64,000 nucleotides of DNA from a virus, in the IMG/VR virus record IMGVR_UViG_3300036772_000425, positions 74,924 through 138,923 of that record. One strand, 5' to 3'. The translations under genes were made by a program, and so were the position numbers. Shown one piece after another: positions 46,533 to 56,495 of the stretch (the first letter of the stretch is position 1; each line of letters begins with the position of its first letter). The notes under the pieces were generated by a model, which did no database searches, was not told the DNA's origin, and worked only from the letters and a program-made list of their open reading frames with translations.

Positions 46533-47279
46533 CTAGGGACAGCTCCCGGAGCAGGGTGCAGCCATTCGGTCCGTCGCAGGGACGTCAAAAAGCTTCGTCA
46601 GCATCGTGCTGACGAGCACCGGAAGCGATGGGAACGGCCACGATTCATCGTTGTTCACGACATGTTCCACGTCAGCGTCCGCCGCGAGCCTGTTCTCGCT
46701 CGGGTGTTGGCGCCAGGCCTCGTCCGGCCGCGCGCGGCGTGCCCGACGGGTCCGAACGTCGACCCTGCGCGCACCCAACCAGCGGTGCAGGTTGTCACGG
46801 TCGTTGTCGTTGCGTGCGTCGTTGATGACGATGCGAGCTCCCGCTGCAAGCATGCCCTCCAGTTCGGGCCTCGCCCGCATCGTCAGGGCATCAACATGGA
46901 TCATCTGGCGCATCCACTCCTCGCCCAGGAGCTGCAGGATCCGACGGGGAGAGTTGTCGTTGATCGATCCAACACCTTCACAGTCCTCGCACGGACTGTA
47001 ACGGTAGACAATCTCGGATCCTTGAAGCTCAGAGCCCCAGCACACGCTGCCCGTCTGCTTGCAGAACATACACGGGCGCGCCCAACGAGGATCGGGAGCG
47101 TTCCGAGCGGAGCTCGGTCCGTATAGCTGTTCCTTGGTGAACCCAAACATGTCGCCGACGAAGCGCTTCATGGGGGCCGCGAGCGAGTACGGAACCCAAC
47201 CGTGCTGCTCGACAAGCAGTTTCGCGACGGCATCCTTGCCCGCTCCGGCAACCCCAGACAGTACGATGAGCTGTGACAT
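46533..47279 (-). CDS. deoxynucleoside monophosphate kinase (T4 gp1-like)
   Basis: 248 aa; N-terminus MSQLIVLSGVAGAGKDAVAKLL...YSLAAPMKRFVGDMFG parallels T4 gp1 MKLIFLSGVKRSGKDTTADFI...YQLAGPIKDALAYAWG. Confidence 0.75.
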   Translation of the reverse strand: MSQLIVLSGVAGAGKDAVAKLLVEQHGWVPYSLAAPMKRFVGDMFGFTKEQLYGPSSARNAPDPRWARPCMFCKQTGSVCWGSELQGSEIVYRYSPCEDCEGVGSINDNSPRRILQLLGEEWMRQMIHVDALTMRARPELEGMLAAGARIVINDARNDNDRDNLHRWLGARRVDVRTRRARRARPDEAWRQHPSENRLAADADVEHVVNNDESWPFPSLPVLVSTMLTKLFDVPATDRMAAPCSGSCP

Positions 47280-47311
47280 GTGTTCATCGTACCATCAAAG
47301 GCTTCGAACTT

Positions 47312-47803
47312 TCACCCGTTGAAGGTTGAGAGGTGCCCAGGCGCTGCATCACGCCAGCGTTCTGCCCGTTTCTGGAGCAGCGCTGCCACCACCTCGTCTG
47401 AGCGCGGGCAACGCCCGACCTTCCGATCGTGCCTGATGCCCTTAGCATTGTTGCACGCTGAACACGCCAGCGCGAGGTTACGCGGATCGTCAGAGCTGCC
47501 GCCGGCGCACAGTGGCCGGATGTGTTCCAGGGTCGCGGTCGTTGAACCATCGAGCATGACGCAAACAGGTGAACTGCAATGGATGCACTTGCCGCGCCAG
47601 TAGGCCTGTTCGACAGCGACGATCCGGAAACTACTGTCTGTCACCACGATCAGTTCGACCAGCTTTGTCCTTGCCTTGCCCCGGGGCCTCGTCGCCTTCA
47701 TCAGGCTCAGCTCCCGATTTCTCCTGCTTTTCTTCATGGTCGTCCGTGTCTGAACCTTCCTCCTCATGATCATCACCACCCGAGCTGGGTTTGGCATCCG
47801 CAC
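47312..47803 (-). CDS. HNH endonuclease (true start probably an internal Met)
   Basis: CIHCSSPV...ATLEHIRPLCAGGSSDDPRNLALACSACNNAKG. Confidence 0.55.
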   Translation of the reverse strand: MRMPNPARVVMIMRRKVQTRTTMKKSRRNRELSLMKATRPRGKARTKLVELIVVTDSSFRIVAVEQAYWRGKCIHCSSPVCVMLDGSTTATLEHIRPLCAGGSSDDPRNLALACSACNNAKGIRHDRKVGRCPRSDEVVAALLQKRAERWRDAAPGHLSTFNG

Positions 47804-48407
47804 CCAGCACCTTGGACGTATCAGACCCTGCGCTCAGCTGCCAGATCGCAGGAGCCCTCCTTGCAGCGATCCCTCCCGTGCCCGCCGCGGCGGGTGGGGT
47901 GGTGGTCGGATCTGTGTCCTTGGGGTGCATCCCGATCTGGGCGTTCGGATCCTCCCCCCTGTACGGATCACCGCTGGTGCCTGCCTCCCGTCCGGGCGAA
48001 CGGTACCAGGTCGCGGAAATGTCGTCGGTGCCGGTATGGTCACGGACCATGTCGAACGGCGCGTACGCTCCCTTGGCGTCCCTCGGGTCTGAACCGCTGG
48101 CACCTGCCGGGCCTTCCTGCAGGAAGAAGTCCAGGAACTCCAGCTCGAGCCCCAACGATTCAGCGACAGGGTCGCCCAGGCCGCGCCCTTCCTCATCGTC
48201 GACAAGGTGCTCTGCCACATCGTCGTCAGGGTTCCCACCCGGCCCGCGATCGTCACCCTCGATCCGGGCGTCTGACTCGGAAACTCCCGGATCGAGACGC
48301 TCTGATTCAGGACCGCTCACCGGTTCACCGTCAGACGGGAGCCAGCGACCTGGCATCCATGCCTGTTCTCGGATGTATTCCCTAAGGATCCGGAGCCTGA
48401 CCTTCAT
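47631..48407 (-). CDS. hypothetical highly acidic Asp/Glu/Gly-rich protein
   Basis: 258-aa ORF; its 3' end overlaps the HNH ORF in another frame. Confidence 0.3.
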   Translation of the reverse strand: MKVRLRILREYIREQAWMPGRWLPSDGEPVSGPESERLDPGVSESDARIEGDDRGPGGNPDDDVAEHLVDDEEGRGLGDPVAESLGLELEFLDFFLQEGPAGASGSDPRDAKGAYAPFDMVRDHTGTDDISATWYRSPGREAGTSGDPYRGEDPNAQIGMHPKDTDPTTTPPAAAGTGGIAARRAPAIWQLSAGSDTSKVLGADAKPSSGGDDHEEEGSDTDDHEEKQEKSGAEPDEGDEAPGQGKDKAGRTDRGDRQ

Positions 48408-48416
48408 GGTGAGTAA

Positions 48417-48884
48417 CTATCCGGGATGTTCCGCCCATCGCATCCCTGGCAACCATTCAGCGAGCTCCATGAACCCAGACAAACGCTCTCCAGAAAGCAT
48501 GCACGGACCGAACAGGAGCGTTTCCTTCGCCTCCTTTGGCACCGAGCGGCCCGGTACGGGTGCATTGAGCCATTCAAAGAACGATCGATCGCCCATCGAC
48601 CGGCGGCGGCCAAGCAGCATCCGGTTCGCATCAACCAGGCTCAGGGTCCCACGGTGCTGGTTGCAGTGGTAGTGCGACGGACCGACGTTGTCGACAGCTC
48701 GGCGGCTGCCTCCCATCGATTGGGGGACGAGATGCTCCCTGGTGACGCAGGCCAGGTTCTTGAATGAATGACCGCAGACGATGCACTGGTTGCCCCATCG
48801 CTCGACCAACCTGCGGAATGCTCGCAAGGTTGTGGCAGACATCGTGTTCGGCGGTGGCCGAGTCTTTCCCATGCTCAGTGCCAT
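48417..48884 (-). CDS. HNH endonuclease
   Basis: 155 aa; CIVCGHSF...TREHLVPQSMGGSRRAVDNVGPSHYHCNQHRG. Confidence 0.6.
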   Translation of the reverse strand: MALSMGKTRPPPNTMSATTLRAFRRLVERWGNQCIVCGHSFKNLACVTREHLVPQSMGGSRRAVDNVGPSHYHCNQHRGTLSLVDANRMLLGRRRSMGDRSFFEWLNAPVPGRSVPKEAKETLLFGPCMLSGERLSGFMELAEWLPGMRWAEHPG

Positions 48885-48921
48885 GGTACCACGGCACCTA
48901 CCGGTGATTCACCGAACACGA

Positions 48922-50214
48922 TCAACCTGCAAAGATCTGGATGTGCTTCTCCGCGACGCGTTCCCATGAATTCTCGTTGATGAATTTCAGCTGACGTTCG
49001 ACCTGCTCCTTGCGTGCCAACCTGTTCGAGAACATCCGATCCAGCGCGTGGGCGATCTCCTCCGGAGTGTCAGCCTTGATGGTTGGGATGTCGGAGAAGT
49101 GGTTGACGCTGGTGGTCACCACGGGCGCGCCCTTCGACATGGCCAACCGTGCGGCACCCGAGGCTCCGAAGACCTCGTGCTGTGGGTGTGAGACGTACGG
49201 GAAGACGATGGCCTGGTTCGTCCTCATGTACGAATCAAGGGCTGCATCGGACTGGTACCCTCGGATGATTGCTACGTTGTCCTGGATGCCCAGGGACTCG
49301 ACCTCCCGCATCAGGCTCTCGTAGTACAGCTGGTGATCTGCTGTGTTGAAGGATGATTCGCTGTACAGGCCGGTGAAGAAGACGTCCGGGTACCTTTCAC
49401 GCAGGATCGCAGCTGCTCGGATCGACTTCTCCCAGCCCTTGTACCTGAACCCGAACCCGAACTGCATGAACGTCCGATCGCTGTGGTAGAAGTTCCACAA
49501 CCTCTCCGGTTCAGCTATGGGTTCGCAACCGTGTGGGACCACGTGCACGGGTGAGGCAATCCCCTTCTCTGATTGCAGGACATCACGGGCGCCCTGCAGG
49601 TGGACGATGATCTCGGGCATTGCAGCCTCCACGATCGTCTTGTCCAGGTGGTGGAAGACGGAGTGCATGGTGACGATGGTCCGGTAGCTGTCCAACCGGT
49701 TCATCAACGACAACCAGTGGCCTGCGTTGGGCCAGATGCCGAACTCGTGTTGGATCCAGACGATGTCTGGGTCGTATTCCCTGACCGCGCGCGCCAGGTC
49801 ACCGAGCGGCGCGCCCCGGTTCCAGCACGGGATCACGCGATCGTGGCCCACCACCACATCACCGATCATGTTGACGGGTCCCGTCGGTGTGTCATTGCGC
49901 TCGATGAAGAGCTTGAAATCACCGAACCTCCGCGCGACGTGCGGCAGCAGGTTCTCAGAGTAGGTGGAGATGCCGCATTGCATCTTCCAGTTGCCGATGA
50001 ACGCAAGCTTCAACCGGTCCACCGGACCCGACGTTCGTCTGGGACGAAGCCTGCCGGCCCTGACCTGCAATTGGGTCACCAGTTCACTGGGTGCCAGGTG
50101 CACGTACTCGCTGGGCACCTCTAGCACCTTCACCGCTGGGTCGTCGTCGGTGATGGGTGATGATGATACTACGAAGATGCTACCGTCACGGATCGCGACA
50201 AACCTACTCAACAT
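48922..50214 (-). CDS. glycosyltransferase, GT-B fold (family 1/4-like)
   Basis: 430 aa; C-terminal HEVFGASGAARLAMSKGAPVVTT resembles the GT1 E-x-FG...PVV motif. Confidence 0.6.
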   Translation of the reverse strand: MLSRFVAIRDGSIFVVSSSPITDDDPAVKVLEVPSEYVHLAPSELVTQLQVRAGRLRPRRTSGPVDRLKLAFIGNWKMQCGISTYSENLLPHVARRFGDFKLFIERNDTPTGPVNMIGDVVVGHDRVIPCWNRGAPLGDLARAVREYDPDIVWIQHEFGIWPNAGHWLSLMNRLDSYRTIVTMHSVFHHLDKTIVEAAMPEIIVHLQGARDVLQSEKGIASPVHVVPHGCEPIAEPERLWNFYHSDRTFMQFGFGFRYKGWEKSIRAAAILRERYPDVFFTGLYSESSFNTADHQLYYESLMREVESLGIQDNVAIIRGYQSDAALDSYMRTNQAIVFPYVSHPQHEVFGASGAARLAMSKGAPVVTTSVNHFSDIPTIKADTPEEIAHALDRMFSNRLARKEQVERQLKFINENSWERVAEKHIQIFAG

Positions 50215-51194
50215 TTTTCACCCTCGATGGCAGAAACAACCTGGTCAACGAAACCATCGTAGGCCGCGCGTACAGCCCGTTGGTCAATTCCCGGCAAAAA
50301 AGTGCGTGACCTGATCACCGCCTCATGGATCAATGCCTTGGTCGCCCCATGGTACTTCACGGAAGAATGGTTGACGGGGTGCAGGTCTCGGAGCTTATCA
50401 TGGTGGTCGATCACCACGCAAGGAACTCCCGCCATCGCGGCGACAACTGCACCGTGGAAGCGCTGGGTGATCACCAGCCTGCACCTGGACATCTCTGACA
50501 CCAGCCCGTCGATGTCGGGCATGCCCTGCAGGACACGCATGTGGGTGGACCGACGGTCCATTCGAGCCAGTATCTCATGAGCGGGCCAGGTATCGTCCAT
50601 CGCTGGGTTCCTGCACAGCGTCATGAAACAGACGTCAACTTGGGCCAGCACGAGCGAGTCCAGGTACTGTGCGAGCTCATCCTTCCAGCGATCCCATGCA
50701 ACATGGCTCCAGTGTGGGGCGCGCCAGGTCGGTACGACCTCCACGTTCGGGATCACCATGACCGGCCCATCGTCTGCGTAACCCGTGGACGCGACCGTGA
50801 GCAGGTTGACCAGGTCGGGTACCACGATCGCATGGGGGGCCCAAGCAGGCGCGCGGGGTGACCTGGTGAAGATCGCGCGGGCTTCTGCGGCGAGGGCAGC
50901 ATGGACCGGATCCACCGCAGTCTCTGTGCCCACCCCCACGTAGAAGATCGGCCGGCGATGGGCGCTCGTCAGCATGGCAAGCGCACCGTCGGTGATGTCA
51001 GGTCTCCCGTGGAGCATGCTGCCCCCGCCGACGATGACGGCTGCGCAGCCCTGCAGTGCCTGCTCGTCGACACGGTCCACGAACCTGAGCTGAACCTTCG
51101 TGCGGGCAAAGATCGCCCGTAGGGCCTGGGCCATCAGTTCATCACCGACATTGCCCCTGCCGTACCACCCGTAGACCAGGACGGACGGTTCCAC
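50208..51194 (-). CDS. polysaccharide pyruvyl transferase family protein
   Basis: 328 aa; N-terminal LVYGWYGRGNVGDELM matches the pyruvyl-transferase (CsaB/WcaK-like) signature. Confidence 0.55.
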   Translation of the reverse strand: MEPSVLVYGWYGRGNVGDELMAQALRAIFARTKVQLRFVDRVDEQALQGCAAVIVGGGSMLHGRPDITDGALAMLTSAHRRPIFYVGVGTETAVDPVHAALAAEARAIFTRSPRAPAWAPHAIVVPDLVNLLTVASTGYADDGPVMVIPNVEVVPTWRAPHWSHVAWDRWKDELAQYLDSLVLAQVDVCFMTLCRNPAMDDTWPAHEILARMDRRSTHMRVLQGMPDIDGLVSEMSRCRLVITQRFHGAVVAAMAGVPCVVIDHHDKLRDLHPVNHSSVKYHGATKALIHEAVIRSRTFLPGIDQRAVRAAYDGFVDQVVSAIEGEKC

Positions 51195-51209
51195 GATCGA
51201 CGATTCCTC

Positions 51210-51527
51210 TCAGGTTGGGATCTTGATCTGCCAGATCACGGTCCGCGGCGTCGATACCTTCCAGCGGATCCTGAGCCGCAGCTCCTCCTCCGGATGGTTC
51301 GCCCTTGGTTCTCGAACATGGTGCATGTAGAGCTCCCAGTCCACCTCATCGACCATCCGGTGATGGCCGCACGGTGGCGGGTGATGATCGTGCGGATCGA
51401 AGCACACGCTGACGTAGTCAGCCGGGTGCACCAGGAGCGCACGGCTCTTGGGCACCATTTCTTCGATGTTGACCTGGCCTTCACCCGTGACCAGAAGACG
51501 ACCGTCCGTGAAGATCCGAGAGCTCAT
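51210..51527 (-). CDS. hypothetical protein
   Basis: 105 aa. Confidence 0.3.
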   Translation of the reverse strand: MSSRIFTDGRLLVTGEGQVNIEEMVPKSRALLVHPADYVSVCFDPHDHHPPPCGHHRMVDEVDWELYMHHVREPRANHPEEELRLRIRWKVSTPRTVIWQIKIPT

Positions 51528-51530
51528 GCA

Positions 51531-51935
51531 TTAGGTATTCACCTTGACGCAGATCCGGATGCTGTCAACTGGGACGGTGGGCACCACCATCGCGCTAACG
51601 TTCACGGTGATATTTTGAGCTCCGGTCGAAGCAGAACGTAGGAACGCCCCGTGGCCATCTCCGTCGACCTGGACCAACAGGCCCAACTCGCCCGTGCTCG
51701 ACCGGTGCATGTCTCCCGGCCATGCGGACGGTGCCAGGTCAGAGACCGGCACCAGGAGGTGCTCACGTGTGACAGAGGCCCGGATGTCACCGTGAGCGGT
51801 GATGATACCCTGGCTCAGGAACGAGTCCAGGACCGTCCTGATGCATCCCTTCGCGGCGCTCGCCTTCATCGGGTTGGTCGCCACGATCCTGTTCCGGATG
51901 GCGGAGGCGATCAGCTCCGCCGCGTTACGACCCAT
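51531..51935 (-). CDS. hypothetical protein
   Basis: 134 aa. Confidence 0.3.
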   Translation of the reverse strand: MGRNAAELIASAIRNRIVATNPMKASAAKGCIRTVLDSFLSQGIITAHGDIRASVTREHLLVPVSDLAPSAWPGDMHRSSTGELGLLVQVDGDGHGAFLRSASTGAQNITVNVSAMVVPTVPVDSIRICVKVNT

Positions 51936-52250
51936 CAGGATCGGATCCTGGTGTCCGCACCGTACGTGATGACACCGCTAGCCCAACCGATCGTCTGCAG
52001 GACGGAGTCCTCGTCCGCATGGACATGCCCATCATCGATTGTGAACCACCAGCGTTCATCGTACGACATGGACCCGGTCGAGTGGCTGACGTGGTTCATG
52101 CAATGCAGCCCAAAGTCCACAAAGCATCGTCCGTGCAGCGGGTGCTGCCTGTCGACAGACACGAGCGCGATCCATCCCCATCCATCAGGTGACGGACATG
52201 CATCGCAAACCGCTAGGCCGCATTGGAAGGTGGTTCTCACGATCTTCCCC

Positions 52251-52826
52251 TCAGCGGGGGAGGAACTTCGCAGCCCGGCGTAGCGCAGCCGCGACCACCT
52301 TTGAACGTTGCTTGTACTGGGCGGTGGTGCACGCGCGTTTGTGGTCGCAAACACCGTCGTTGATCCCAGGGATCCTGTCGAGGGCATCCCGGAAGCTCTC
52401 CTCTGAGCTACCGTCGTACCATCCCTCCACATCTTCATCCACGGCGAGGAAGAACCTGCTCCGGAGCTCCGGCGGAACATGCATCTTCTTGATCCGTGCC
52501 TTCATGTCAGCCACGGCGCGGGCCCTGAGGTTGTTCAGGGGCGACAGCTGCACGGCCAGGTCGACCACCTCTTCTTCGTTGATGCGGGTCCGTTCTGGTT
52601 GCTTCCCGGTCATGGCGAAGTACAGCTCACCCAGGCCGCAGTGCATGGAGCGCTTCCCGTCAGTCGGATCTGGACCGTTCTTCAGGGTCCCGCTGCACAG
52701 GCGGAGAAAACGTTTGTTCTTCCCGTCATAGATGGTACGGGCCAGCTCGACCAAGAACCGACGGTCGACGGTGACAGTGGGTTTCCTGGCGCTGCGGTTG
52801 CCCTTCGGTGACTTCCTGATCTTCAT
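52251..52826 (-). CDS. hypothetical basic protein
   Basis: 191 aa; overlaps ORF 51935..52480 in another frame, so one of the two is mis-started. Confidence 0.3.
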   Translation of the reverse strand: MKIRKSPKGNRSARKPTVTVDRRFLVELARTIYDGKNKRFLRLCSGTLKNGPDPTDGKRSMHCGLGELYFAMTGKQPERTRINEEEVVDLAVQLSPLNNLRARAVADMKARIKKMHVPPELRSRFFLAVDEDVEGWYDGSSEESFRDALDRIPGINDGVCDHKRACTTAQYKQRSKVVAAALRRAAKFLPR

Positions 52827-52879
52827 CGTTCTACCACTCCTTCAGTGCAGCCGATCCTACGCATCCGGTGCTACGAAGT

Positions 52880-53101
52880 TCAAGTGATGTTGATGCTCGA
52901 GCCGCCCCTGAAGAGCTGCGCCTCCACCTCACCCCTCTCCACCGACTCCCGGATGACGTACACGTGGGTGGAGCTGACAGCACCCGTGCAGTCCAGGAAC
53001 TGGCACCTGGAACCGACGACCGACAGCACCAGGTACCCATACCAGACATTGTTCCTGATGGGCCCGATCCAGCGCATCACCAGCATGTCACCCGGCAGCA
53101 C
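52880..53101 (-). CDS. small hypothetical protein, PGDML paralog 1
   Basis: 73 aa; MLPGDMLVMRW. Confidence 0.3.
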   Translation of the reverse strand: MLPGDMLVMRWIGPIRNNVWYGYLVLSVVGSRCQFLDCTGAVSSTHVYVIRESVERGEVEAQLFRGGSSINIT

Positions 53102-53312
53102 GGTGGCTGACCAACACCGCTGAACCGTAGTACAACCTGTCCGCCACCGGCATCAGGTTGCGCCGGTGCACCCTGCCGTCGCCCAGGATCCAGAGGGTGT
53201 CGCCCTGCACCTGCAGGACCAGCTCGGTCGTACCGACAGTCGAATCGAGCAGCATGTCGCCCGGGTGCAGCACCATGATCGGGATGAGCCTTCCGGCCAT
53301 GTCAACCCGCAT
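53088..53312 (-). CDS. small hypothetical protein, PGDML paralog 2
   Basis: 74 aa; VLHPGDMLLDS; tandem with paralog 1. Confidence 0.3.
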   Translation of the reverse strand: MRVDMAGRLIPIMVLHPGDMLLDSTVGTTELVLQVQGDTLWILGDGRVHRRNLMPVADRLYYGSAVLVSHRAAG

Positions 53313-54258
53313 GCTTGCCCAATCCCAGCACCAGCAGTCCCTCTGCTGCGTATGACTCTGCGTTCAGGTCCGACGACAGCTGCCCACCCGCCATCGCAGC
53401 CTCCAGCTGTTCCTTGAGCTCGCCTAACCAGGGTCCGGGCGCTGCGCCCGAACGGGCCAGGATGATGCCCATGGTGCCCTTCGGCAACCGCGGTAGGTTG
53501 TCAGCGGCGTACAGTTCCCGGACACGAGCCTCCAGCTCATCGCCCCGGCGCATCGCCGCGGCACGCTTCCGTGGGTTCTTGGTGGTCAGGTCGGCACGTG
53601 ACAGAGCCAGCAACCGCTCGAAACCCCGCATCCCGTCCAGGTCGGTGAGCAACCGGCGGACAGCGCTGTCGGTCCATCCGCTGCTGTAGCCCGCCGGGCG
53701 CAGGTGGTTGAGGACGAGCGACCGGACGGTGCGCAGCAAGGCCACATCCTTTCCGAACAGGCCCAACCTGCGCTCGATGGAACCCACCGCCCGCGCACCG
53801 ACCACATCGTGGTTGTGGAAGCTGACACGGCCCTGCCGGTCGACGGCCCGGGTCTGCGCCTTCCCCACGTCGTGCATCAAGGCGGACCAGCGCATCTCCA
53901 CCGTGGCGGGCACCCCGAGGACCACCTTCTTGGTGTGATCCCAGACGTCCTTGTGGAGCGCAGCCTCCGGGTCGTCGCCCAGGTCACGCAGGGCCTGCAG
54001 CTCCGGGATCAGCGCGGCCAACGCGCCCGACCTGAGGAGCAGCTCCAGGCCTGCGTCCGGGAAGGGTCCGGTCAGCAGGGCGTCAAGGATCGCGCGCACC
54101 TGCACGGGGTGACGCCGCCAGGCATTCTGGTAGTCGCCCTGCCCGAAGATGCGGGGAACCTGCACGTCATCTGGGACGCCCTGCTGGGCACCCAGGGCGC
54201 ACAGATCCAGGACCTCGAGGGCGTCCATCAGTCCCTCCTGTCGCCCCGGGGGTCGCAC
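53302..54258 (-). CDS. HD-domain phosphohydrolase (resembles the C-terminal HD domain of bacterial CCA-adding enzymes)
   Basis: 318 aa; LHKDVWDHT...ALMHDVGK...HNHDV. Confidence 0.55.
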   Translation of the reverse strand: MRPPGRQEGLMDALEVLDLCALGAQQGVPDDVQVPRIFGQGDYQNAWRRHPVQVRAILDALLTGPFPDAGLELLLRSGALAALIPELQALRDLGDDPEAALHKDVWDHTKKVVLGVPATVEMRWSALMHDVGKAQTRAVDRQGRVSFHNHDVVGARAVGSIERRLGLFGKDVALLRTVRSLVLNHLRPAGYSSGWTDSAVRRLLTDLDGMRGFERLLALSRADLTTKNPRKRAAAMRRGDELEARVRELYAADNLPRLPKGTMGIILARSGAAPGPWLGELKEQLEAAMAGGQLSSDLNAESYAAEGLLVLGLGKHAG

Positions 54259-54464
54259 TGGCCCTCGGTGCCGAAGTAGTCCTCGTCCAGCAACCGGTCC
54301 AGCATCCGGTCGAACTCTGCGCAGGCCTGCCGGGCACCCTCGTCCTTCTGCACCCTGTCGGACGTACCGTGGTCGAGCACGTGGGCCACGAACAGCGTGG
54401 CGCGCTCGGCCAGGTTCTTGGGCGTGGTGCTCGCGATCTTCTTCTTCATGCTGTTCTCTCCCGT

Positions 54465-54935
54465 TCAGAGCATCGCGATGACGGTGGGCAGGGAATCCGC
54501 CGCGCCGGAGTAGCTCCGGAGTTCCACGGAGGCGCCCGCCCTGATCAGGGCCTCGGCTGCCTGGCGCGCGAACTCGGCAGAGCCGGCCACCATGATGGGG
54601 GTGCCCAGGGGCGACTCCACCGCCTCCTTCGCCTCCTTCAGGCCCAGGCCCGTCAGCTCCCGGATCACCTTGATGACGTTGATCTTGGCCGTGCCGACGG
54701 CCTGCAGCGACACCGCCTGGCGCCCAGCCGGGACCATCAGCAGGGTCGAGGCCCGGCAGAAGCGGTCGAACAGGTCGGACAGGTGTGCCACGGGCACCAC
54801 CTCCGACATCCGGATGCCCCGGGGTTCCTCGTCCGGCGGGAGCTCTGACCCATCCTCGGCGACCTCCCTGACCACGAAGTCGACCCGGATCCTCGAGAGG
54901 GGTTGGCGGCTGCGCATGCTCTCCATGTTAACCAC
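54465..54935 (-). CDS. protein with ribosomal bL12 (L7/L12) C-terminal domain
   Basis: 156 aa; [56 protein letters not shown] parallels the bL12 CTD ([27 protein letters not shown]...). Confidence 0.55.
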   Translation of the reverse strand: [156 protein letters not shown]

Positions 54936-54959
54936 CCTACCACCGGTGCATCCCAGGTT

Positions 54960-55517
54960 TCACAGCTCCACGATCCATTTGCCGCCGCTCCCCGTGGGCA
55001 CAGCCCCCGCTGCACGGAACAGGGCCCGACCACGTTCGCTCCATGGGAAGCACAGGAAGCGCCGGGCGCCGAGCGCCCGGGACACCTCGATCGCCCGGTC
55101 GACCAGGTGCCGGCCCAGGCCGGCGCCGCGGTGGGGGGCAGAGACGTACACAGCGACCTCCATGTCCCTCGGATCCGATCCCGGAACGACCAGGGCCCAG
55201 GCGATGGGTTCCGCCGGCCTGATGACCCACCCGCACGGTGCTGGGCAACCGTCCAGGGCACGTTCCAGGTGCATCCGCATGTCTGACTCCAGCTCACAGG
55301 TCCCGACCGAGCCCGACGGGAGCTCCCCATCGTCGGGCGCGCGGTTGGTCAGGGGCAGCAGGGCATGCAGCTCATCGGGCACCAACGTACCCAACCCGAC
55401 GACGCGGAGGGCGGGACGGGGCGCCCCGATGGCCTCACGTGAACCCAGGCTGACTGTGATGGGGGGAACAACGGCCGCGCGCGGGCGATTGACGGTGGGC
55501 CTCACGGTGGAGATCAT
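54960..55517 (-). CDS. GNAT family N-acetyltransferase
   Basis: Trimmed to ATG 55517 (MISTVRP...); VAVYVSAPHRGAGLGRHLVDRAIEVSRALGARRF matches GNAT motif A. Confidence 0.5.
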   Translation of the reverse strand: MISTVRPTVNRPRAAVVPPITVSLGSREAIGAPRPALRVVGLGTLVPDELHALLPLTNRAPDDGELPSGSVGTCELESDMRMHLERALDGCPAPCGWVIRPAEPIAWALVVPGSDPRDMEVAVYVSAPHRGAGLGRHLVDRAIEVSRALGARRFLCFPWSERGRALFRAAGAVPTGSGGKWIVEL

Positions 55518-56495
55518 GCTTTCCTTTTCATCCCTTTCAGAGCAGGTGACCGGCGGTGCCGACGGTCGGTGGAATACAGCCGGACGGGCCCAGCTGGTCG
55601 TGCACGGCACGCAGGGCGGTGACCAGGAGCTCGCATGCCGCGGCGAGCTCGGGTTCACCTGAGCCCCGGAGCATGTCGGGCAGCCCAGCGAGCGGCAGAT
55701 CCTGCAGGCGGACCCGCAGGCGAAGCCCGGCCAGGTCGGCAAGCGATCGTTGCAGGGCCCGGAGCTCGCGGGGGTCGAGCTCCATCAGCCGCTCCACCGG
55801 GTCCACATGACCGCGGTGCCCTCGGGACCGTGGGAGACGACCAGGCCCAACCGGTGGTGCGGGGGCTGGTGCTTCGCCGAACGGTGCTGGACCAGGGCGC
55901 CCGGTTGCAGGCACGGGAAGCAGGTGACCAGGCAGGAGGCGAAGAACCCTCCTGCCTGGGCATCGTACCGCTTGAGCTCGGTGCCGGCGGTCAACGGTCG
56001 ACCACCACGCGTTCCAGCAGGGCCTGCAGCTCAACGTGGGCCCCGGGGGCCGCCCGGGTCGGGTACACGCTGACGATCCGCTCGCCGGGCAGCAGCGCGG
56101 CGGCGACCGCCATCACGTCGGGCTCACCGTTCGGGTGGGCCGGGACGGCGACCGTCCGGTACGGGCACGGCCGGAAGGTGGCGGACGACCGGCGCAGGCG
56201 ATCCGGGATGCCGGGGACAGGGGGAACGCTCATGTTCAGAGGATCCTCGGGTCAGCACGGTGGACATTGAGCTCACGCAGGCGTGGGCCGATACGCGCGA
56301 GCAAGGCGATCGCCCGGTGTTGACTGTCGGCGCGCCCGTGGTACCCGGCCACGAGAGCCAGGCGGACGACGCGGCACGCGGCCAGGAGGTCAGGGTCGGG
56401 CAGGTCGGCGAGGGAGAGCCTGCTCGCCAGGTCCCAGAACCCGGCGGCGGGCAGCAGGAACAGGGCATCGCCCAGCTGGGCTGCCGCGCTCCGGT

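Noticed and set aside
47791-48672. 293-aa plus-strand Ser/Pro-rich ORF
   Set aside because: It overlaps two minus-strand genes (the acidic protein and an HNH with clear motifs) and has a low-complexity translation; probably a shadow ORF in GC-rich DNA.
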